A DNA stretch of 64,000 nucleotides from assembly GCA_043228905.1 (NCBI GenBank), contig JBHGNT010000014.1:620001-684000 (forward strand). The letters run 5' to 3'. Source of the stretch: Azolla caroliniana (lineage: Eukaryota; Plantae; Polypodiophyta). The notes under the pieces are model-generated. The model was not told where the DNA came from and did no database searches. It saw only the letters and a program-made list of their open reading frames with translations. This document shows, one piece after another, positions 38,135 through 50,295 of this stretch (position 1 is the stretch's first letter; every line of letters starts with the position of its first letter). The position numbers and the translations under genes were made by a program.

Positions 38135-41100
38135 TGTTAATGATTAGGTAAGTAATTAAGCAAGTGTTAATTAGTACCTAATTATGTGATTGGTTGATAA
38201 GCGAAAGATTAGGTGATATGTGTGTGAGAGGAAGAGAGAGAGAGAGAGAGAGATACACCTATGAACAACACAAGATGGGGGATGAGTAACTATATTAAAT
38301 TAGCCTTATCATCATCAAATACAAAAATACCCACAATGAGGTATATATACATGTTGAGAATCGCGGAATATTGCTCGGCCACAACCGAGTAATGAATCAC
38401 AGAAATGGAAAGAACGAGAGAGTGCACAGAAAATGACACATGATGTTTACATGGAAAACCCTAAATGGGAAAAACCACAGGAGCCTACAGACTCCAACTA
38501 TCACTATGAAGGAAAAAGGTACAATCAGAGACTCGGAGGCAATGACCTCGAGCTCTGTTTCTTCGCCAACCAGCGGTTACAACAGAGTATTTCTCTGTAT
38601 CTCACTTTCTCTCTCCCTCTCTCTCTCTGTCGCACTCTGTACAATAGTTATGCACCTACAACAATATCAACACCCATCAAGTGATTGCCCTAAGTCATAT
38701 TTATACTTATATGAACTTCGGGCTATTTACAAATATAGCCTCAATGGGCTTACTCAGAAACATATTTACAGATATGTCTTCTACATCCGATTCTCACCCG
38801 GTCTTCTACATCCAGTTCTCACCAGGTCTTCTACATCCAATTCTCACCGGGTCTTCTATGTCCAGTGCTCAAGATCCCATCCGGAGGGACCGAAATCCCA
38901 ACAATACATTTCATGTGCAAGGGTGCACATGTGTGAGGATAATATAGGTACAAAAGTGTAAGTCCTATATTAAATGTACTTAGGAGTGGAGGATCTAGAA
39001 TATCCCACTTAAGTACAAGGTCTTATTTAAGGTATTATAGTCAACACTTCTAACTAGATTCTATCTAGGTAACTACAAAGTTACATGGTTGACTAACTAA
39101 CTAAACTAAGTTGAGCTTGATCTCTCAACACGCCCCCTCAAGCTCAAGTACGGGGCATCTAATGTCCGCTTTGGTTTTCGATGTTCGGATCTTCGATTCG
39201 GTTGAATTGGCTTTGGCTTTGGATGGCGGGTATTGTTTTTTTCGACATCGATGTTTTTGTGGCAGTTTCGGTTCCTCCCCCTCAAGCCTGTGATGAAGGC
39301 CTGTCGTGCAAAATTGGCGGACTACTTTCACCCATCATGGGTTACAAACCACTTCCGTAGAGCTCTCGGGCTCTTGTTCGGTCGTTACCTTCATCGCGAA
39401 GGCGTAATGATGGGCCATACACTCGTTGTAGCCGAGCTAAGTGACGGGATTCTTCTCTCTAGAAGAGTATCGAAGTTTTTCGCTCGCCGATGTGAGCGCC
39501 TTCTTTACTCCAAGTGTACATATGATGGGTACACCAAACTCACTGTCTAGTGAGGGAGCAGATCCATCCGAATCATTGTCGTCAGGGTGGTCGACTTCGT
39601 ATTCGGGCATCTTACCTTTGCCTTTGTCCAAGTTCGTACTTGGTCGCGATGTGCTTAGGTCGCGTGGGGGCTCTTGTGGCCCACTAGGCCTTGCCGTAAT
39701 CGGACTTTCTTCGAACATGTGTTCGAAGCGATCTCCATCTTCTACCTCTTGTTCGGCGGATTCTGGATCGAGCAGAGTCGGAGTCGAAGTTGTCTCTGGT
39801 GTGTACCACGATGCGGACTCGTCGAAGACTACATTTCAACTTACCCAAACCACTCCAGTAGAAGGGTTGTAGCACTTGTATGAGGATACATTTCTCCGAC
39901 TTCACGTCGGGCTTCTATCGGCTTTCGTTCGGAATGCGTACATTCACAATGCTTCCGTACACCTTGAGGTGCGACAAGATCAGCTTCCTTTCAACGAGGA
40001 GCTCGTAGGGAGTTAGCTCATGCACTCCATTAATGGTGCACCGATTCATGAGATAGACGGTCGTGGATGCCACTTCAGCCCAATAGAGGTTCGGCATGTG
40101 CTTCTCATGCATCATGGCACATGCTACCTCGAGTATTTGCCGATTCTTCCTTTCGGCGACTCCATTTTGTTGGGGGGTGTGTCGGCATGAGAATTCTCTT
40201 CAAATGCTTTGACTTTGGAGGTAGGAGGTGAATTCATTGGAGAAGTACTCCTTGCCTCCATCTAATCGTAGGCATCGAATGTGCCAACCGGTTTCTTTTT
40301 TTACTTGCCCCTTGAGCTTTTGGAAGTGGGAGAACACTTTGCTCTTCTTCTTCATCGGAAAGATCCACGCATAGCGCGAGTAGTCGTCGATGAAGGTGAC
40401 GTAGAATCGGCATCCACCGATCGTCGGCATTTGAGCCGGTCCCCATACATCTGAGTGTATGACGTCGAGGAGGCCTTTGCTTGCGTAGCTCTCCTTCAAG
40501 AATGAGAGTCGATGTTGTTTTCCGAGTTGGCATGCTTCGCACACTCGGTCGACTCGTTTCAACTCGAATGTCAGAAGTCCGATGACAACTCCCTTTGATT
40601 GCATAGCTCGGAGCCGTTGGAGGTTTATGTGGCTAATTCTCTTGTGCCACAACTCGATGCTTGTCTCGATTTTGAGACCTTTGGCATACATGGCCAATTT
40701 CACCTCGTTCAAATCGAGGATGAACATGCGACCGTCTCTCCGTCCCTTGGCTATGAGTTGTCCATCTTCCTCGATGAAGCATCCTTCGTTGTTAAAGTGG
40801 ATTTGCATGCCTTGCTCCACGATTTGGCCTACCGAGACCAAATTCTTCATTATCGTGGGCACATGCAAGACATTCTTGATGCAATTGTTCTTTCCATCGT
40901 TGTCGAATGGAACGTTGTCGATGTGTTGAATGGGATGCGTGGTGTCGTCTCCCATCTCTATGTAGTCGGGTCGATCCGGTGTACGCAAGTCATTGAACCA
41001 CTCTTTGTGGGATGTCATGTGATATGAGGCACCGGAATCGACGAACCGCACGTCTTCCAATTTGGAGGTGCTTGCGGAGTCGGAGGCCGTCATAGAGTTC

Positions 41101-42627
41101 GATCTATGCCTCATTACTAATAGTCTGTCGTAGTCGTCGTATTCGGAGTTGGTGGCATAGTTTGTGAGTTGTCGACTTGTTGAAGCTGACTCACTTCTCT
41201 TTTTCCAACACTCCGCCTCGTAGTGGCCGATTTTGCCGCAATAATTGCAAGTTGCAGGCCTCGTTTGCCGACCATGTTCGGCGTAGAAGCTCCCCCTTCT
41301 TCCAAAGGTTCCTCGGTGGCTTCCGTGAATGTTTGAGTTCCCTTCGTGTGATGGGTTGAATTAACCACTTTTACTGCTGCGACCTCGTCCTCGGCCACCG
41401 TCCGAATTCGAGAAGAACATTTGTCCTTCCGATGTCTTGCTTTTGGTTCAGACGTGGTTCTGTTCGACCAATAGCATTGATTGGAGGTCGAAGAATGGAG
41501 AGTTTTCTCTCACCAAGATTGTCGTCCGTAATGGATTGAATCGTTGTGCGAGGCTGCCCAAGCATACTTGAACCATCTCGTCTTTGTCGACGTTTATGTT
41601 GATGGAGCCAAGTGAGTCACAAATGCTCTTGATCTTGGCGGTGTAGTCTGACACGGACATGTCTTTTTGTCGAATGTTATTCAACTCTTTTCGGAGTTGA
41701 AGCTTGCGGGCGGTCATGTTGGCGGCGAACATCTTCTTTAAGTTCTCCCACGCCTCTTTAGGCGTCTTGGCGTCTCAAATGTGGCTAAGCATGTGGTCGT
41801 GGACACATGTTGCCAAGCAATACATTACTCGACTAGCCGCTTGCACCCATGTTGAGTGGTCAACGTTCTTTGGGTCGGGTCTTTTCTTGAGCGTCGTTGA
41901 TGTAGCTCCAATACCCTTGGCCGACAAGGTATTGGGTCATCGTGTACTCCCAAGATGAATAATTGCTCCGATCTAGCTTTTCACTAGGGAGCAAGCTACC
42001 CATTTGTGTATTCATTTTGATGTAGTGTCTTCCGTTTTGCTTTTCTTCCTTCGATCACGTACTCATGCTACGTAGCGGCACTACGGTAGCGGATAGCCGG
42101 AATTTGTCGTCGGCGTCTCGAACACACAATCACGGAGTCAGGTGGGATTAATGGATTTTCTAAACCACACACTCTGATACCATGTTAATAATTAGGTAAG
42201 TAATTAAGCAAGAGTTAATTAGTACCTAATTATGTGATTAGTTGATAAGCAGAAGATTAAGTGATATGTGTGTGTATGTGTGTGAGAGGAAGAGAGTGAG
42301 AGAGAGATACACTTATGAACAACACAAGATGGGGGATGAGTAACTATATTAAATTAGCATTATCATCATCAAATATAAAAATACCCACAATGAGGTATAT
42401 ATACATTTCATGTGCAAGGGTGCACATGTGTGAGGATAATATAGGTACAAAAGTGTAAGTCCTATATTAAATGTACTTAGGAGTGGAGGATCTAGAATAT
42501 CCCACTTAAGTACAAGGTCCTATTTAAGGTGTTATAGTCAACACTTCTAACTAGATTCTATCTAGGTAACTACAAAGTTACATGGTTGACTAACTAACTA
42601 AACTAAGTTGAGCTTGATCTCTCAACA
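38135..42627 (-). mobile_element. Non-autonomous Copia (Copia-G) lacking RT/RNase H
   Basis: LTRs at 38135-39130 (split by a solo LTR) and 42183-42627. TSD TAGAC (38130-38134 / 42628-42632). PBS ctctgatacca at 42172-42182. Gag, PR (FVDSGAS) and INT are present, then the sequence jumps from the RT start to the RNase H end at ~39320. Confidence 0.93.
38352..38903 (-). mobile_element. Solo LTR of the Copia-D/E lineage
   Basis: TG...CA ending ccggagggaccgaaatcccaaca like Copia-D; TSD ATACA (38347-38351 / 38904-38908). Confidence 0.93.
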
Positions 42628-42729
42628 TAGACCAACACTCAGTTCCCCTCTTCCACTTTCTCCAATGGAAGAGGATGTCACTTATTAAAATGCTTCAGGC
42701 ATCTTTCAAATCGTGAACCCAACAATAAC

Positions 42730-42775
<46 letters not shown>

Positions 42776-43032
42776 TTTTATAGACCTATTCTTATCTTCA
42801 ACTTGATGCCTTGTTTGACAATGGCACACATAGCACATTCACCTATTTTTATCGTGTATTTTTCCCTCCCATTATCTTCAATGGGTATGGAACCCTTGAC
42901 CCTTCCATTAGCAATAGTTAGCTCTTACCATTTGAGCATTTTCCTTGCAATAAAAACTTTTCAATTTTTACCATGACACCTTATGTTTTCATGTTTTGCT
43001 TTTGTTGCACACACAAGATCATGACATTATAA

Positions 43033-43600
43033 CTACGAGGTACACTCAACATAATTGTCTACCAATGGAAAGCGCATATAGACACTATGTGCTATTACGA
43101 AAGGATCAACATGTAGGCTTTGAACCTTAATTAGGCAAAGGGAATAGTTTAGGAAGGTGTCCCAATACAATGTCTCAACACGATCAATTAGGAACCCACA
43201 CTTGGGGCTATATGTTGTCAACATTAGTACATTGTATTACATATGGGGTTTTTTATAAGTCTCGACTCTAGCAGTCATCGATGACCCATCATTGATAAAA
43301 TTTTCTACTTTGACCTTAAAGAAAAACACCAGATCTCCTTGTCGCCATAACACACTAATGGTTTTTAATGTCTAAATTGTATATTGTCCATCCCATATAG
43401 CATAATTTAAACTTCTAAACAACATAACTTTCTTTGAGGATAATCTTGACATTGCCATAGCACATGCACATTTTATTTCATTCATGTTGATAAAACTTTT
43501 CGCCTTTCATTAATATTTGAGAAGGTTTTAGTAAATGTTGGGCGGTGTCATGCACACCATGTCTTTGCATAAAGTCTAGTGAAGTTTGATCTTCCAAGAT
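43033..43600 (-). pseudogene. Eroded intronless ORF of unknown family
   Basis: About 190 codons in one minus-strand frame with only 2 internal stops in AT-rich DNA (ILEDQTSLDFMQRHGVHDTAQHLLKPS...GDLVFFFKVKVENF...ARVETYKKP...). Confidence 0.45.
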
Positions 43601-46600
43601 TTAGAAATCTAATACATAATATAGAAAGAGCAAGTAACACCAAAAAATTATTTGTTATGTGCCAATACTAGAGTGCTTTAATGAAATAAAACAAGAAAGC
43701 TAACACTTTTTGATCTAATGAGATTTTCAAGGTGTAAAAGTCAACATTCTAGAGGATGATTATTAATGGTCATTTCCATGCAAAGACCTTTTGACTCATA
43801 ATGTAGTCAAACTAATTTACTAAGTTCTTGTGCATAATAATACTTCCCTAAGTATATAGATCTCCATAATGATATGATTGAAAGGGTATCACCCTTAACT
43901 TTTTATAAGACTAATAGTTCTTTGACTATGACTAAGAGTTCATGCAATACATTTTCATGTAATAAACCACATAATTGATATGATTAGTTCAACCATTGAC
44001 ATAATATGGCGATGCAACTAAGAATCGTCATGTTGATGAATCAAATAAAGATTGTTTCCATTTGAATAGATTACCCATCCACTTTAATTGATCCTCGACT
44101 GGTCACTTCTCCCAGGTTTCTCTCTAATGAATATCAATGTTTTTATTGATGCAATGAAGGTATCATTGTAATTTGTGAAATCTTCAGGGTAGTCTAGTAA
44201 AATAATCCCAAAAGTTATAGTGTTTTGTCGTGTAATAGTGAATAATAAAGGAAGTATGCATAAATTTGCAGAGAATCTCCTTTATTAATGCACATGTTTT
44301 TTGACAAACACAAAATTACAAATACCACACTTCCACTTTGATCATATAATAAGATAATAAGGAGCGTAAAAGTAACATTCTATTTCTCTTGATTGAAACG
44401 GTTTTTGTCACCATCATTTGTTTGCACGGGACAAGATACAAATTGATGTTGAATACAAAGCTCATTGTCTCTTGTAAATGAATTACTTTCGTGAACCTAT
44501 GGCAATATATGGTATACGTGTCTTTCTCAACTAATAATAAAACATGCATCGTGTCATCAAATTCGGCTTATATCAACACATGACTTTAGCGTGTTTGGTG
44601 TCCCAAACATTCCATACGTAATACTCAACTTTAAAAGTATCTCCTACAAGAAAGAGCTCATCATTGTCACCATTTCTCTCAACTTTTCTTCCAAGCTCTC
44701 ATGTTACTACACTAAATAGCTCAATATCATGTTTTCATTGGTATTAGTCTATCGCAAATACATTAAAAAGACCACATGACACTAATGAGTATTGATTGAT
44801 GCCAAAAAACTACAAGAATTTCTAGATATATTGTTGTAGCAGAGGGGCCCATGACATGGTCTAATGAATATGATATCAAAATTGTTTATCTATGCATGTT
44901 TAATCATATTGAGAATAGAAATCAAAGTCTTTCTTCTTCAACCGCACTCAATTTAGCAAAAAGTTTTGTGAACAAGAATCCAAATCGATACACATGTCAA
45001 CAAGGGCATCATGAATAAAATAGTATGCACTTCAAAACAAGAAAAGCTTAATTTCATACAATCCACCAATGATTATTTGAATATGGAGGAGCATGCACAT
45101 GTTGACATTTCCTGTGATGCTACAATTTGCAATATCTAAGGCATTAAGAGAAAACAATTTTGATTGTAGAATAGGGGGAAAAGTTTGTCATTGGGCTTGC
45201 CTTTAGGTTCATTGTTAGTGAAGGATTAATTGAGCAATAGATGATAACACATTTGAAAATTTATAAACATTCATATTTTGGTGTAGAGATTTGATCATCC
45301 TTAAAATTTTGGGATTACAAGCTCTACAACCTCTAGATGATTAAGTTAAGCAATTTAACAAGAAGGTAAACACATTGTTCTCCTTGTAATTAAACAATGT
45401 GGTTTCCTTTGTTTAGTAGAATTTCCTTAGATCTTTTAATGCTCAAGATGGCATGTGTAATGAATGCACTTCATAATAGACGAATATTTTGGAAATAATT
45501 ACTCTGAAATTCAAAAGGAAACGAAACTAGAAAGTCGCGTTTTCACAAAGACAATAACTACATCGCCTAGTGGCAATGACCTTTGGCCATGCCCAAACAG
45601 AAAGCGACTATGCGGAATCTAAAAGGAAAAAAAGGAGTTGGGGTAGAGGAAAGAACATACATAGTAGTGAGACACTCCCATACAAATACACTTCCCATGT
45701 TGCTACAACAACATATGGGGAAAGGCAACAAAGTATTTGCACAAACATTGGAATTCTTGAACCTAATGGTTTCTCTATATATGACATGAAATCCTAATCC
45801 ATGGGAGAACAAATCTTTCATGTTCCCTTTTTTAAAGATGAATCCACAACGTATATATTCATTGCAGAATGGTGGACAAATGTGGAGTTTGGGTGAATTT
45901 GAGTAACATTATAAGGGAATAAGGGATGAACCAAAGAAATAAAGAATTTGATGATGGAGTTAGAGATCAAAATCATTTCATTTTCTTTTGACGCTTCAAT
46001 TATCATATGTAAAATTGTATATCGTGAAGGACAATTTGAAATTCTTAATCAAAGTGGAAAAATGTCTTCAATTGATGTTGTGGTGATCAAAACGAAGACC
46101 ATTAAGAGATTTAACAAGCATTCACCGATTTTGTATGATGGCATCATAAATGACGACTTTTGCTGAACATACTTGGTCCATTATCATATTCACTTTCTCC
46201 TTCTTCTACGAAGGATTGGTCAATCTTACCATACTTCATTCATTTACAACTCATGCAACTAGCTTATATGCTTGCTAAATATGCATTGCATTCATAAAGT
46301 GGATGCATTAGAGTAATATATCAAGCTCATGGGGAAACATTTATTGAATGAGTTGTGAAAATTATGTTATTTGGAAAGAAAACTAGAGAGGATTTAGAGA
46401 ACACTAGACTTATACTTTCATTGTTCATCTACTTTCTTATGTGTGTGTGAATTGTCGTGCTAAACATTTAGCTAAGCAATTATAGTCCATTTGGTAACAT
46501 GCCACAACATCCTTAGCCACATCCATCACATGTTGTCGCCTTTGTAAATAAACTTGAATTGCATTTAGAAGGTTTGTGTCCCCTAGTATGTTTAGTGTTG

Positions 46601-48179
46601 CTCATTCTTTGGTCACATATGGTTCAAAGTGAGTTACTACATATGGGGGGGTAACATTACAACTCAATGCCTTAGAACACATCATGCATCTTCTATGGAA
46701 CTCAGAACTAGAAGACAAATGATGTTTGTATAATTACATGAAATGACATATTTCTATTCTAATATAAATGAACCATAACGAGATATTTCATTATCATAAT
46801 CAAGAATTGGTCAATTAAAGGACCAAATTGACAAAGACAATTATCATTGAGTTATTACTAATGTGCCATAAAATGGATGTTTCTAAAGAACATGCATGTT
46901 CTTCCGATGCAAAACTTAAAACAAAATTGGATGGTTGGGGGTTAAGCCACCACATGCACGTTATTACCATGAGTTTCAATAGAAAATTAAGAACCACTAC
47001 CGTTGGTGTCCATGCCTTTAATAAGTTGTGAGTTCACAAACTTGAGTTGGTAATACATACATATCCTTTTACTATTGATATGCCCCAAGAGAGATGATTT
47101 CCTAGAGGATACTTGACTTTTGGAGAATGTGTAACTCAATAGAGACATTCTCTTGAATGAGACCACTAAGATAACATTAAACTCTTGAACTCCATCAAGT
47201 AACCCTTTAAGTGGGATGACACTCAACCCTTTAACCCATCGAAGAGCATTCAATGGATAATCCTCCAACTCAAATCAATCTAGCAAATGATTGAATTATG
47301 AAGGAATGGCCCTCTCTACAACAAAAGCGTAACTAACAAGAACGACACTTTGGAGGAGCGTCTTCACAAAGACAACCAACCTATGGGCTCCATAAATCGA
47401 GTTGACACTTGTGAGTCCGTCTTACGAGCTCTTATCTAACGAGTCAATAATGGAGGGCAAGGCCCCTTTCATAGAGCGGGCAACAAAACTCTTCAATCAA
47501 TTGCAATCGATTCGAACAATAACATGCGGTTCTTTCCAAGGGCCATATACACATGCATGAACGTTTATTCAATGTAACATAATCTACCCATTTGGTAATA
47601 GCAGCGAGGGTGCGCAAAGTAGGACTAGCAGGCAACTGTTAGAGTGCATTGTATTAGTTGCCAATGGGGGATTGATCCCTCGCGCGCCTGTGCACACACT
47701 TAAAAGACCATGGAGACCTTCAATAAGGAGCAGGAGGAACTCCTCAACATTCATATAAATAATCAAAGTTTCAAACCTTGATCCAAAAGTCAATACCAAT
47801 AAAATAGCTACTTAAAAAAACAAATAAATTATAAAAAACACGAAAAGACAGATAAATAATTATAGCCTCTCTTTTATTTATTTATTTATTTATATATGTG
47901 GGGGCAACAAATAAACAATGGCCCTTTTTAAATTTAATTCCATTGATTAGCTGATTAGCTAGCAATAATAAGACTACTAATTGATTTCTTAATCAAACAA
48001 AGAAATCAATTAAGCTCGTTTACAAACCAAACAATAAATTAGTACATAATTCTATGTTTTATAAATGAATAAACAAATTGATTGATGCATACTATTTCCT
48101 AACTAATCCTACTTTTTCAATAAATCTATAGTTAAATAATCTTAAGCAAAAGCCATTTATTCAATAAATATAACTATTT

Positions 48180-48302
48180 TAAATAAATAAATAAATAAAT
48201 AAATAAACAAACAAAAAACAAACAAATAAATAAATAAATAAACAAACAAACAAATAAGTAAATAAATAAATAAATAAATAAATGAATAAATAATTAAATG
48301 AA

Positions 48303-48353
<51 letters not shown>

Positions 48354-48657
48354 ATAGTGCAATTGATAAAATACAAATAAATAGTGCAATTGATAAAATA
48401 CGAATAAATAGTGCAATTGATAAAATACGAATAAATAGTGCAATTGATAAAATACGAATAAATAGTGCAATTGATAAAATACAAATAAATAAATTAAATA
48501 TTTAAAAAAATAAAATAAAATAGTGCAATTGGTAAAAAAAAATAAAAAATACAATTGGTAAAAAACAAACAAAAAACAAACAAAAAATAAAAATAAAATA
48601 AAATAAAAAAAACAAAAAGAAAAATAAAAATAGAAAATAAAAATAAAAATAAAAAAG
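48180..48657. repeat. (TAAA)n microsatellite with an embedded 27-bp minisatellite (aataaatagtgcaattgataaaatac[a/g], ~5 copies) and A-rich tail
   Basis: Direct reading; minisatellite at ~48348-48485. Confidence 0.92.
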
Positions 48658-50295
48658 CTATTTTTGAGTTTTCTCCTTCAAAAGGAAGACACTTCTGCCT
48701 ACACCCCCCACCATGCCCATCACCATAGCCATATGAGCTTCTCAAGCTCTCCAGCACATAAAGAAGCATTCATCTTCTCCTTCCTTCCTTCCTTCCTTCC
48801 TTCTCTTTTACCAGATAAGGTGTGCGATTCCCTCCACTGCACTATCTCTCATAGACCCAAAACCAAGAGATTCCATCCCACCGCGAATTTAGGCCAGCCG
48901 TCACACACCCTTTGCGGTCGATTTCCCATACTGTACCAGCAGCAAAATAAGAAGAGCATGCCTTTTAATTCCTCAAAAGTAATTCCTCCCCCCTCCTTTT
49001 TTATTTTACTTTTGATTCAATGGGTTTATCTGGTTTCCCCTCATGGTTTTGTTGATCATCAAGTTGTCTTGGTAAGATTGTTTTTTACAGCTTAATTCTG
49101 CTCTTTTAAGTCAACGTTTCTAGATGTTAACAAATGGATTAGTGATGTACAAGAATCTTGCTTTGAAACAGAATAAAAGAATCTACTGTTTCTGTATAAG
49201 ATCCATGACATGATTTTATGGCAGCGTGTTTTTGTGATCCAAAATCTAGGATCCTGATCATCTTTTCTCTCTTGAATGTATTGAAAAAGATTTTTTGAGC
49301 TGTAAAATGCGTTTTGGGATCCGTTGAATTCTTGCATAAGCTGCTAATTTTCTGAAACAGTGATGGTAAGAAGCAGCTTCAAAATGATTCTGATCTCTTA
49401 AATTGTCATAAAATCGTTTTAGTCTTTGGAACAGGGGCAAGAAAGTGCAATTTCGGAATGGTTTTTTGATCTCTTGGATTGGTGTGAAAAGCTTTTGGTT
49501 TTCTGAGAGGGGGAGAATGCTTTTTTGCACCTCCTGATTTGTCAAAAAAACATTTACTTTGATTGCTTGGATCGGCAGAAAAAGAATTTAGTTATTGGAA
49601 AGGGAGGTAATGCAGTATTGCATCTCTTGAATTCTCGAAAACCATTCTACTTCTTGAAGGAGAGGATGTACAAAGCACTCTGAATATTACATCACTCTGA
49701 ATATCGCTTGAATTGTCAAAACAGCAATTGGTTTTTGAAACAAAGGTGATAACAAAGCAGCTGTGAGCCACTTTTTGAGCTCTTGAATTTCCTTTTTTGA
49801 ACCAGGGGACCATAGGCAGCTGCAAAAGCTGCATCGTCGGATCATCGCAAATGATAGGTCCTTCTCTTCTCGTTCGTTTTCTAGGAAAATGGGTGATGGA
49901 AACTAAGTACTTGGAATCTGACAATTGTTGATTCTTGTTGTTCCAATTGCAGGATTTTGCGGGCCATCATAACTCATGGCTTTTGTCCATGTAAATGGTG
50001 ATCCTTGATGTTAAGATTGTACGATTTTCCATTGGGATCAAAACCGAAAAGGGAGCTCTTGCTTTAATTAGGAAATGGAGATTGATGTAGAGATGATAAG
50101 TGGAAACATAAAGACCTAGTTTATCACCATCAAGGTATATATTGTTACATGTACATAATTGCCCGAGTCTTGGTGGTTGCAATATCTTCATCTCTATGAT
50201 TCTTATTATTTATACAACGACCAGAACTCAATCAAAATAACATTTACCTGTTGTAGAATCTTTAACTGATCTCGAGAGGAATTACATTTGAAGAG

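Noticed and set aside
48179-48769. FIYL-repeat ORFs / possible CRISPR-like array
   Set aside because: Simple and minisatellite repeats with no unique spacers.
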